From assembly GCA_964349315.1 (NCBI GenBank), contig CAYGGD010000001.1:758-64757 (forward strand): a stretch of 64,000 nucleotides of DNA, in the 5' to 3' direction. Below, one piece after another: positions 28,385 to 36,973 of the stretch (positions are counted from its first letter, which is position 1; each line of letters starts with the position of its first letter). Position numbers and translations under genes: made by a program. The stretch comes from an uncultured Muribaculaceae bacterium. GTDB taxonomy: Bacteria; Bacteroidota; Bacteroidia; Bacteroidales; UBA932. The notes beneath the pieces are model-generated. The model saw only the letters and a list, made by a program, of their open reading frames with translations, was not told the DNA's origin and did not search any database.

Positions 28385-29003
28385 CTTTAATTACAATATT
28401 GCGCTTTTGATTACTAAAAACATACTCTGTATACCCTCCGGACCCCTCCTCAATCAACAACCTCTCAATCTCTGCACTTGTCGAATCGAAGGTTATGGTA
28501 ATTTTGCTTATAATGGCCAAAAGCTGCCTGTTAACCGGAGTTACAGCAACTATTACCTTATCCGGCAAAGAGAAGAACTCTACCCCGTAGGAGTTACTCC
28601 TGGCTGAGAGTCTGCCTAAAAATGATGCAGAAATTAGTCCTCTGACCTCTTCCATAACAGGATTATTTTTAAGATCCATAGTGTTATCACTCCCTTCGGA
28701 TACTACTCTTAATTTATTTCCATTGATTATCATTTGATAATCTGCCGGTTCTCTGTATAAAAAAGCAATCTTATCTTCCCTTTTATAAAGGAAAACCCCT
28801 TTTGAAATCATCTTGTTCTTTAACATCGGGATGCTCTTCTCCTGAGTAAAGGCTGCACTTAAGCTCTCTGTTCCGGAAGCAACCTGCGTAAGAAGCTTGT
28901 TAAACTCCTCTCTCTCATTAGCAGGCAAAGTAACGCTCTGAGAAAAAGCAATTTGCACTCCAAACAACAATGTAAGTATCCCAATAAAAATTCTTTTTTT
29001 CAT
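28362..29003 (-). CDS. LolA-family periplasmic lipid carrier (cluster copy 1)
   Basis: Signal peptide ending AFS-Q; SAAFTQEKSIPML..SKGVFLYKREDKIAFLYREP. Confidence 0.8.
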   Translation of the reverse strand: MKKRIFIGILTLLFGVQIAFSQSVTLPANEREEFNKLLTQVASGTESLSAAFTQEKSIPMLKNKMISKGVFLYKREDKIAFLYREPADYQMIINGNKLRVVSEGSDNTMDLKNNPVMEEVRGLISASFLGRLSARSNSYGVEFFSLPDKVIVAVTPVNRQLLAIISKITITFDSTSAEIERLLIEEGSGGYTEYVFSNQKRNIVIKDEVFRVN

Positions 29004-29668
29004 TTTAAAACCGTTGTATTTAACCTCCTGATTTTAATCGTCTCCAAAACCCCCTCCACAACCTCCACAGAGCCAGGCAACGAGTCGTGAAGCAAAATTA
29101 TTCCCCCGGGAGATAGTCTCTTTTCTACCCTCTTAATAATGTTTCTTTTAGATTTTATAATAGTATCAAAGCTTCTTATACTCCAGCCTACACATACCAG
29201 ACCCATCTCTCTTACCGCTTTTGCAATATTGGGGTTGGTAACTCCGTATGGAGGGCGAAACAGTATCACCTCCCGGCCCGAGATCTCCTCAAGCACCTCA
29301 CGGCATCTTGTTAAATCTGCCTTAACTCTCTCTGCCGATAATAGTGTAAACTCAGGCGTGTGATTCATAGAATGAATCCCAATAGTATGACCCTCATCTG
29401 CAACTCTCTTTACCACCTCTGGGTTGGCAACAGCTCTCTCCCCAATCATAAAGAAGAGAGCTTTAACGCCTCTCTTTGCAAGCAAATCCAGCACCTTACC
29501 TGTATAAATAGGATGGGGACCATCGTCAAAGGTAATCATAACCTCCTCTTTTGAACCGGGCAATCTGTTTACCGATCGCAAATAGAGGTTCCACCCGATG
29601 TTAAGAGATCCGGCAAAAAGTACCGTTAAAGAAATCAGTACAACTATTATGATTAACACTATTATCAA
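29000..29668 (-). CDS. Polysaccharide deacetylase (NodB/CE4), N-terminally membrane anchored
   Basis: All five CE4 motifs: TFDDGP, HSMNH, FRPPYG, GWSIRSFD, LLHD. Confidence 0.9.
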   Translation of the reverse strand: MIIVLIIIVVLISLTVLFAGSLNIGWNLYLRSVNRLPGSKEEVMITFDDGPHPIYTGKVLDLLAKRGVKALFFMIGERAVANPEVVKRVADEGHTIGIHSMNHTPEFTLLSAERVKADLTRCREVLEEISGREVILFRPPYGVTNPNIAKAVREMGLVCVGWSIRSFDTIIKSKRNIIKRVEKRLSPGGIILLHDSLPGSVEVVEGVLETIKIRRLNTTVLK

Positions 29669-29699
29669 AATATCTCTCTGTTAAAATTATGCCTTCTGA

Positions 29700-30620
29700 C
29701 TATCTCTGAATTATCATCAGCGATGCTGCCTCGTTAAGATAACTGTTTATTATTAGTACATACTCTCCTATCTCTGAATTTGACAACAGATTTACTCCCC
29801 TCCAGAGTCCATAGGCAGCCGAGGTGGGATACTCTCCGCAGCAGAGTTTATAATACTCTGTATCTATTTTCATATCTTCGAAATAGCTGCATAAAGAGTC
29901 TCTCCCGCAAACAACTGCCCTCAATCGGCTAAACGATAGTCCACAGCTCTGCAGTAACTCTTCGCTTTTTTTAATAATCTCGTTATCAGATAAATTTCTC
30001 CTCAATATTTCCAACGCCACAATCTTTCCCATTGATCTCTCTGCTTTCGCAGGTGAAAGAACAAAAAAAGTAGATCCCTCTCCTCTGATATGTTTTCTCC
30101 ATATACCCATTCTATTAAGAAGATTCTCTTTAGTGGGTGTTAGCTCATCAAACCCACCAGCAAGGATTCGCTCTCTTCCCTCCACTGCAAGCATAGAGGC
30201 ATCAATAATTGCAGCTTCGAATGACCCTCCACCGTGTACAAATGTGTTGTTATAGTGGTTATCGCTCAATATAAGTGCAATCTGAGACCCAATCGTATTG
30301 GAGGTGCTCTGGATAAAGGATGCGGGATTAAGCATCCGCTCGTTGTTATCCAAAATAGAGATCAGAAACTTCTCTGTATCTGCAAGACAACCCCATCCTG
30401 TTGCGGTAACAATTGCATCAATTTTATTGTTCCCGGAACTCTCTAATGCCATTAGGGCAGATGATATTCCCATACGATTTATTCTGCTCATTCTTCTTCT
30501 TACTCCGGCATCAGGAATATAGAGCTTATAGTCCGGCTCCGGTTGCAAGAGTCTCTCCTGAGCTGAACCACTAAAATTTATAGTGGCCATACCATTAATA
30601 TAGAGATTCATGCCTTTCAT
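29700..30620 (-). CDS. Chain-length factor (non-catalytic ketosynthase partner)
   Basis: RRMSRINRMG, ATGWGCL, NPASFIQSTSNTIGSQIAL; no catalytic Cys motif; follows a KS. Confidence 0.85.
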   Translation of the reverse strand: MKGMNLYINGMATINFSGSAQERLLQPEPDYKLYIPDAGVRRRMSRINRMGISSALMALESSGNNKIDAIVTATGWGCLADTEKFLISILDNNERMLNPASFIQSTSNTIGSQIALILSDNHYNNTFVHGGGSFEAAIIDASMLAVEGRERILAGGFDELTPTKENLLNRMGIWRKHIRGEGSTFFVLSPAKAERSMGKIVALEILRRNLSDNEIIKKSEELLQSCGLSFSRLRAVVCGRDSLCSYFEDMKIDTEYYKLCCGEYPTSAAYGLWRGVNLLSNSEIGEYVLIINSYLNEAASLMIIQR

Positions 30621-31822
30621 ATTAAACTCCTTTTATCCTGTTTAAATATTATAGATGAGCAGTTTCCTCCAAAACCGAATGAGTTTGTCAGAACCGCCTT
30701 CATCCCCTCCATTTTTGTAACCTCGGTAACCGGAACCATTCCCGGAACCTCCTCGATACTCTCTTTAAAATTTAAATTAGGCCAATGGTATCCCTGAGTT
30801 AAGCTAAGAATAGCAAAGACAGACTCCACTCCTCCGGCAGCACCAAGCGTATGTCCGGTAAAACCCTTTGTAGAGCTAAAAGGGGGTATATCTCCGTTAA
30901 AGAGTCTGTTTATCGCTACTCCTTCCGAAGCGTCGTTGTTGGGAGTTCCGGTGCCGTGAACATTTATATAATTTATATCACTGATCTTTAAACCACTCAT
31001 CTCCAGAGCCCCACTCATTGCCATATACGATCCGGTGCCATCTGCAGAAGAGGCTGTTTGATGAAAAGCGTCGTTAGCATTGGCGTATCCTCCTATAAAA
31101 CAGTACCTTCGATGAGTCTTAACATTTGCAGAGTGAAGAAAAATATATCCCGCACCCTCTCCAAGATTGAGACCGCATCTGGAAGCATCAAAAGGGCGGC
31201 ATTGCTCTCTATCAAGAATACCCAAAGAGGAGAAGCCGTTAACGGTAAAACGGCATAATGAGTCGGTACCTCCGGCAATTACAGCGTCTAAAAGCCCGGC
31301 CTTAATCATCCTTGCCCCCATCATTATTGCATTGTTGGCAGATGAACAAGCTGTATTTATGGTGGTTACGAAACTCTCTATACCCAATTTTTCTGCGATA
31401 AACTGTGTTGATGCTCCACAATCGTGACCCATAAGTTGTCTTAATCTTCCTCCGTTGCTGTCTTTAATGTAATGACTGTAAAAGTTCTCACTAATATCCA
31501 TCCCCCCTACAGATGTTGCAGATATAAAACCTATCCTGAGTCCTTTAATGTTTACACCGGAATCTTCTAATGCCTCAGCAGCAGCGAGAAGCCCCAGCAA
31601 AGTGGTTCTGGAATACTCTCTGCCTCCGTTGAGCCCTGCCAAAACGGCAAGCTCCCGGTTGGAGTGATTTACCTCCCCAACTATAACATCGTGACTGGTC
31701 TCAAACAGCGTAAGAGGGCCAAGGGCTGTCTCTCCGGCCATAAGCCCGCGTAACTGCGCAGCTTTCCCGACTCCCATAGCTGTAATTGCCCCAAGGCCGC
31801 CAACATAAACTTCTTTAGTCAT
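30617..31822 (-). CDS. Beta-ketoacyl-ACP synthase (polyene KS-alpha)
   Basis: TACSS, HGTGT, GHTLGA triad; NSFGFGG. Confidence 0.93.
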   Translation of the reverse strand: MTKEVYVGGLGAITAMGVGKAAQLRGLMAGETALGPLTLFETSHDVIVGEVNHSNRELAVLAGLNGGREYSRTTLLGLLAAAEALEDSGVNIKGLRIGFISATSVGGMDISENFYSHYIKDSNGGRLRQLMGHDCGASTQFIAEKLGIESFVTTINTACSSANNAIMMGARMIKAGLLDAVIAGGTDSLCRFTVNGFSSLGILDREQCRPFDASRCGLNLGEGAGYIFLHSANVKTHRRYCFIGGYANANDAFHQTASSADGTGSYMAMSGALEMSGLKISDINYINVHGTGTPNNDASEGVAINRLFNGDIPPFSSTKGFTGHTLGAAGGVESVFAILSLTQGYHWPNLNFKESIEEVPGMVPVTEVTKMEGMKAVLTNSFGFGGNCSSIIFKQDKRSLI

Positions 31823-31823
31823 A

Positions 31824-33575
31824 TCAATCTCTTTTACAGAGTTTAAGATCTATATCATATCTCCCTTTAAAAAATTCACACCATCCAATAACAGCCACCT
31901 TAACTGTGCTGTCTCCTGCTAAAATCATAAGTTCTTCCATAGTCTCGCTCCTTCGCTCCGATGTTGTAACAAAAAAAGTATTCTCCCCTTGGAACTTAAA
32001 TCGAATTGCAGACTCTCCCATAAGTATATTGGGCAGAGTATATACAAATATTGCAGGACTAACACTAGTATCCCCTTTTGTCAATATCTCATTCTGGTGA
32101 CGGATATCGGTATCGAGTGATGAGGAGCTGTTCGCTATAAAGAATCCGTAATCAAAGGGATTTCTGTTCTCTTCCATCTCATAATCCTTCAACAGAGAAG
32201 CTGTTGCTATAACACCGGCTTTTGAGAGATTGTCCATTTTAAAAAACTTTATGTCTTTCATTTCAAGCTCTTTATACTTAGCCCTTATCACACTGTCAAA
32301 ATCTCCCTCTCCCTTTAAAACAAAACGAGAGAGCTGTTGCCACTCATTTTCTGAATCTCTCCTGCCTTTGCCATAATGGGTAGTTCCCTTGATAGAGGCA
32401 GACTCCTTTGCAAATACAATTGCCGCATTACATCCGCCAAACCCGGATGCACTCTTAAGGCACCTGCTTAACTCCATCGGAGCATCTTTTGATGTTACTT
32501 GTAGTTTCATCGGAACTCCCGGTTCTTGATACCCCATTGTACCCAGGAGCCGTGAGTTTCTTATCTGCCAAAAAGAGGCGACTGATTCAACAACTCCGGA
32601 GGCTCCGAGAGTATGCCCCCAATATGGTTTAAGGCTCTGTACGGGAACACTGTTTAACGACGCCAGATGGATTGCTTTTGACTCCATCTCATCGTTATAA
32701 GTTGTTGATGTTCCGTGAGCATTAATAAAACTAATGTGAGAGGCAGATAGTCGGGCGCACTCAAGAGCTCGCAGCATGGCTGTCCCAAGCCCGTCACCTG
32801 TGCGTGAGGGGGCAGAGAGGTGGTTAGCGTCGTTAGTTACTGCTCCTCCCTCTATTACAATAGGATCAAAATCTTTTGCATACTCTCTTTTATTGGATAG
32901 AATAACAACTCCTACCGCCTCGCCCAAAGAGAGACCATCTCTTGATGCGTCATAAGGTCTGCAGATAGTCGGACTAATCGAGTGAAAGGCCTCAAAACCA
33001 CTTACAACAAACTTTGTCATTTCATCGGCTCCAACCACTATCACATTGTCGCAGCGAGAGTTTTCAATTAACCGCGCAGCTGTAATCAAGGCATTTACCC
33101 CTGATATACATGCATTTGAAAGAACAAGAGGAGTGCTTTTTAATCCAAGGTAGCGGTTAATACGCTCTGCCGACTCTCCTGGAAAGAGCTCCGCAGGCAA
33201 ATCTGCTTCGCCATCCTTAATAAGAGAGATATTTGCCTTTGTTGTGGCATATACTAATCTTGTGTTCTCTTTAATAAGAGTATCCAGTGACACTCCGCAT
33301 ACAAGTGCTGCATCTTCAACAGCAAAGATAATTCGCCTCTCAAGAGTTGTAAACGAAAGTAATAGCTCATTAACTATACGGGCATCCTCTGATACTCTTG
33401 CTCCGTTAAAGGGAACAGAATATATATCAGAATTATCTACCCTCTTTATTGCAGACACATTGTCTGATACCCTATTCATATTCTCCTTGGTGGAGAACCC
33501 CAGAGGTGAGTATATGGAGTCTGCAACTACATAAACCCTCTCTCTTACTTTATCAGTTTCCATTTTTTCTGCCAT
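31824..33575 (-). CDS. Ketosynthase fused to a C-terminal CLF-like domain
   Basis: NACIS, HGTST, GHTLGA, SASGFGG in the first ~390 aa; C-terminal FFKMDNLSK..SPAIFVYTLPNI CLF-like domain. Confidence 0.87.
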   Translation of the reverse strand: MAEKMETDKVRERVYVVADSIYSPLGFSTKENMNRVSDNVSAIKRVDNSDIYSVPFNGARVSEDARIVNELLLSFTTLERRIIFAVEDAALVCGVSLDTLIKENTRLVYATTKANISLIKDGEADLPAELFPGESAERINRYLGLKSTPLVLSNACISGVNALITAARLIENSRCDNVIVVGADEMTKFVVSGFEAFHSISPTICRPYDASRDGLSLGEAVGVVILSNKREYAKDFDPIVIEGGAVTNDANHLSAPSRTGDGLGTAMLRALECARLSASHISFINAHGTSTTYNDEMESKAIHLASLNSVPVQSLKPYWGHTLGASGVVESVASFWQIRNSRLLGTMGYQEPGVPMKLQVTSKDAPMELSRCLKSASGFGGCNAAIVFAKESASIKGTTHYGKGRRDSENEWQQLSRFVLKGEGDFDSVIRAKYKELEMKDIKFFKMDNLSKAGVIATASLLKDYEMEENRNPFDYGFFIANSSSSLDTDIRHQNEILTKGDTSVSPAIFVYTLPNILMGESAIRFKFQGENTFFVTTSERRSETMEELMILAGDSTVKVAVIGWCEFFKGRYDIDLKLCKRD

Positions 33576-33991
33576 TCTGTATAAAACTCAGGATTATTCC
33601 ACTCCAGCTCACCATTCGGGTTGAGAAAAACCTGCAGAGAGTAGCCGGTAGCAACAAGAGTGCTGTCACTCTCTCTGTAGATATCATATTCGAAGCGTAT
33701 TTTTGCCGCCGGTAAAAAAATATACTTTGTCTCCACAACTGCAATTTCACCGTATGTGAGCGGTTTTAGATAACTACAGTGCAGATCCACAATAGGGGCT
33801 GTGTAACCTGCTCCATAGATATCCAGATACCCAATTCCAAATCTCCTTCCAAAGGCCTCTCTGCCATCTTCAAAATACTTTACATAGTTCCCATGCCAGA
33901 CAATATTCATTGAGTCCACATCGGAAAAACGAACCTTAACGCTCTCCCTGTGAACAAGTGCCGCCTCTCTTAAACCTCTTCTCTTTCTCAT
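33545..33991 (-). CDS. Acyl-CoA/ACP thioesterase (4-HBT/YbgC hotdog fold)
   Basis: VRFSDVDSMNIVWHGNYVKYFEDGRE. Confidence 0.9.
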   Translation of the reverse strand: MRKRRGLREAALVHRESVKVRFSDVDSMNIVWHGNYVKYFEDGREAFGRRFGIGYLDIYGAGYTAPIVDLHCSYLKPLTYGEIAVVETKYIFLPAAKIRFEYDIYRESDSTLVATGYSLQVFLNPNGELEWNNPEFYTEWQKKWKLIK

Positions 33992-34007
33992 ATGATAAAC
34001 TCCTAAA

Positions 34008-34463
34008 CTATTTTTGTAAAAAAATCTTCAGTTCGGCTGAGGCAGCTTTTCTCTCTCCACAATAGAGAACAGCCTCAACAAGAGATATATCCCCAAACTC
34101 TCCCAACTCTCTTATATGAGTAATAATCTCTTTACCCACAAGTGGAAACTCTGTTATCACAAACTTAGATACCGCACCAATGAAACCCACAGGTACACTC
34201 TCACCTCTGCTTATAAATTTATATCCTGTTACTGCAGCTGCAGATTGAGCCATATTCTCTATTACTCCGGGTTCGGTCAAACAAATATCATCAGCTCCGG
34301 AAACAGACTTGGTAAAGAGTGTTTCTGCAACCGGAGTAAAACCGGTAACCTGATTACCATCTATCTCTCCGTAGTAACTCTCCACAAAAACAAAAGGCGC
34401 TCTCTGGGGAATCAGCTTCAATATCTCCTCCCCGGTAACTATGGCTTTCTCAAGTACTCCCAT
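34008..34463 (-). CDS. Hotdog-fold dehydratase partner (ApeP-like)
   Basis: LIPQRAPFVFV, VIENMAQSAAA, VGFIGAV. Confidence 0.8.
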   Translation of the reverse strand: MGVLEKAIVTGEEILKLIPQRAPFVFVESYYGEIDGNQVTGFTPVAETLFTKSVSGADDICLTEPGVIENMAQSAAAVTGYKFISRGESVPVGFIGAVSKFVITEFPLVGKEIITHIRELGEFGDISLVEAVLYCGERKAASAELKIFLQK

Positions 34464-35833
34464 ATTAAACCTTTTTTCTTTTTTAAAACTCTGATTCTGT
34501 CTATATCTGCCGATAAAGGGTCATCCGGAAAAATCCATGCTTTTCCGGTCTCTTTTGCCATCTCCCTGCACCTCTCCAGCGAAAAGTCCTTAGCCAGATA
34601 GTAGGTGGGATCGAGAAGCGAGTCTTCTGCAGATATCGTTCCATCCTCAATTGCCATTCTGTGCAATGGCGTACCCGGATATATCCTCATACCAATATAT
34701 GGGAAAAATACCGAATATCGAATTTTTTTTGAGTTCTCCATTGTCTCTCTGAGCGTCTTCTCTGTCTCACCAATTCCTCCTAATATAAGAAAATGAGCAT
34801 AAAAAATATTGTATTTAAACGCCCTGTGTGAGTTGAGCAACACATCTTCTATGGTAAAATTTTTGCCGTAACGCTGCATCTGTTCTGAACACAGAGACTC
34901 TGTTCCAAATTCTATGTGCTTAAGCCCTGCTCTTTGAAAGAGTGCAAGCAGATCGTCGGTTAGGTTATGGGGAGAGAAGTATGCACCCCAATTGATTTTT
35001 ATCCCGCTTTTAATGATTTTCTCTGCAAGTTGGGCATTGTAACTGTTGTGTATATTAAACACCGAATCTGTAAAAAAGACATAGTTTATCCCCTTATCTC
35101 TGCACAGCCTCTCAAGCGTACCAACAATAAGGTCTGTATCGAGAGTTCTCACACATCTTCCGTCAATTATCGGGTATGAGCAATAAATACAGTTATAGCA
35201 GCACCCTCTTTTTGTCTGAATATTCAACATACCACTACTCTCCCAGTAGAAGTCCGATAGCTTCTCGTCAAACTGCAAATTGAGGTTGTTGAGATATTTG
35301 GTATGAGGATTAACTACCAAACCTCCTGTCTCTTTAGATATAAGCCCCTCTATTTTACTATAATCATTAATCTTATCCTGGCTGCCATCTGCTACATAAT
35401 TGTTAAGGGCAAGTATCAACTGGCGCAGACTCTCCTCCCCCTCCCCTGTAATTCCATAATCGGGGCTCAGCAGTTGAAATAACTTTTCGGGAAAGATTGA
35501 GAAGCCGGCACCACCCATTATTACAGGCGCGTTTGTGCTTGCTCTCACAGCATCCATTATTTCTGAGTATCCGGGAATAAAACTAGTCATGTCCAGAGAG
35601 TTGGCTCCATCGATATTTCTTATCGAAACTCCAACCCAGTCCGGCGAATACTCCTTTATCTCAGTCTCAAGCTCAGAAACCGTTATCAGGTTCATATCTG
35701 ATATCTTAACATCCAGCCAATCTATTTTACTTAATAGATATGTCTTAAGATAAGAGAGGCCCAGGGGATACACCGGACAGGGGTCTGCAAGTCTGTTTGC
35801 AGATATCAGCAGAAATTTTTTCTCTCTTCTCAT
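34439..35833 (-). CDS. B12-binding radical SAM protein (lipid-biosynthesis-associated class)
   Basis: N-terminal cobalamin-binding domain (PVYPLGLSYL, GVSIRNID), CCYNCIYC containing CxxxCxxC, FGTES, RIYPGTPL. ATG 35833 overlaps the upstream TGA (ATGA). Confidence 0.9.
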   Translation of the reverse strand: MRREKKFLLISANRLADPCPVYPLGLSYLKTYLLSKIDWLDVKISDMNLITVSELETEIKEYSPDWVGVSIRNIDGANSLDMTSFIPGYSEIMDAVRASTNAPVIMGGAGFSIFPEKLFQLLSPDYGITGEGEESLRQLILALNNYVADGSQDKINDYSKIEGLISKETGGLVVNPHTKYLNNLNLQFDEKLSDFYWESSGMLNIQTKRGCCYNCIYCSYPIIDGRCVRTLDTDLIVGTLERLCRDKGINYVFFTDSVFNIHNSYNAQLAEKIIKSGIKINWGAYFSPHNLTDDLLALFQRAGLKHIEFGTESLCSEQMQRYGKNFTIEDVLLNSHRAFKYNIFYAHFLILGGIGETEKTLRETMENSKKIRYSVFFPYIGMRIYPGTPLHRMAIEDGTISAEDSLLDPTYYLAKDFSLERCREMAKETGKAWIFPDDPLSADIDRIRVLKKKKGLIWEYLRKP

Positions 35834-36729
35834 TTCCAAAACTTATAATAATTATACCACTGCTCAGGTGCTGTTTTTACAACTCTCTCAAGACCTTTTA
35901 CATAAGTTTCCAAAATAGTGTTCTCCCTTTTTTCAGATGCAAATGCTGACTCCTTTTTGCAGAGCTCGAAATGGAACAGATATCTCTTGTAACCTGTCCT
36001 GATTGCATAATAGAAAACAACAGGTACATCAAAACGGGCTGCAATTACAAACGGACCAATGGGAAACATAGCTTTTGATCCCATAAAATCCATCTCTGCA
36101 CCTCTGCCTCCGGTGTTAATCCGGTCTCCTTGAATAGCAATATACGCTCCCTCTTCAAGAGCATCTCTTATCTCAAAGATGTGTGAGAGAGAATCCTCCT
36201 TAACAGGAATCACAGTAAAAGTTTCTACCCTTTTTTGAGCCTCAAGTATCTGTTTGATCTTCTGATACTCAGAATCTACCATCACTACCCGCATCTTCTT
36301 TCCGTATTTACCAAAATATGGAGCGCCAATTTCCCAGTTTCCAAAATGGGCACCTAAAATAACAGCACCTGTGCTGCTGTTAAGTACATCTTTGACCTCG
36401 CCGGGTTCGTGAAAATCAAATTTAAACTGCTCATACAATCCGGCAGAAGCAGCCGTCTTGTCTATTAGAGCAACCCCTAAATTAAAAAAGCTTTTATAGA
36501 TGAAAACCAATGAAGAGAGAACACCTTTTCCAAGAATCTTACGTGAATAGAACCAGACAGATGCAGTTGCTCCGGGGGCGAAAGGGATATAATAGATAAC
36601 GACAAATGACAACAGCACATATGCCATTGTCACCCCTAAATACTTGATGATAAATACGAATGTGAGATATCCGGCGGCTCCTCCCCTCGATTTACCACTC
36701 CACTCATTTTGGGGTCTCCTTTTTTTCAT
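35830..36729 (-). CDS. LpxL/LPLAT-family acyltransferase
   Basis: WSGKSRGG N-terminus, GAHFGNWE (H-x4-E), IQGDR, FMGSKAMFPIGPF, PEQWYNYY. Confidence 0.88.
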   Translation of the reverse strand: MKKRRPQNEWSGKSRGGAAGYLTFVFIIKYLGVTMAYVLLSFVVIYYIPFAPGATASVWFYSRKILGKGVLSSLVFIYKSFFNLGVALIDKTAASAGLYEQFKFDFHEPGEVKDVLNSSTGAVILGAHFGNWEIGAPYFGKYGKKMRVVMVDSEYQKIKQILEAQKRVETFTVIPVKEDSLSHIFEIRDALEEGAYIAIQGDRINTGGRGAEMDFMGSKAMFPIGPFVIAARFDVPVVFYYAIRTGYKRYLFHFELCKKESAFASEKRENTILETYVKGLERVVKTAPEQWYNYYKFWK

Positions 36730-36967
36730 CTAAGCGAGAATTGATAAAGTGATAAAAGTCATTAAACGTTTTAATGCCTGTAAAATCCTTTGCAACAACA
36801 GTAAATCCGAAATTATGCTCAATAAGAACCACCATATCTACCAGATCAAGACTATCCAGATTAAGTGTTTCCATTAAAGGTGCATCAGGTTGAATCATAT
36901 CTGCATCAACCTCAAATTCATCTGCAAGGACTGTGTTGATTTTTTGAATAAGTGCGGTATCAATCAT
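36704..36967 (-). CDS. Acyl carrier protein (cluster ACP 1)
   Basis: 87 aa, acidic, LNLDSLDLVD motif. Confidence 0.92.
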   Translation of the reverse strand: MIDTALIQKINTVLADEFEVDADMIQPDAPLMETLNLDSLDLVDMVVLIEHNFGFTVVAKDFTGIKTFNDFYHFINSRLDEKKETPK

Positions 36968-36973
36968 AATATT

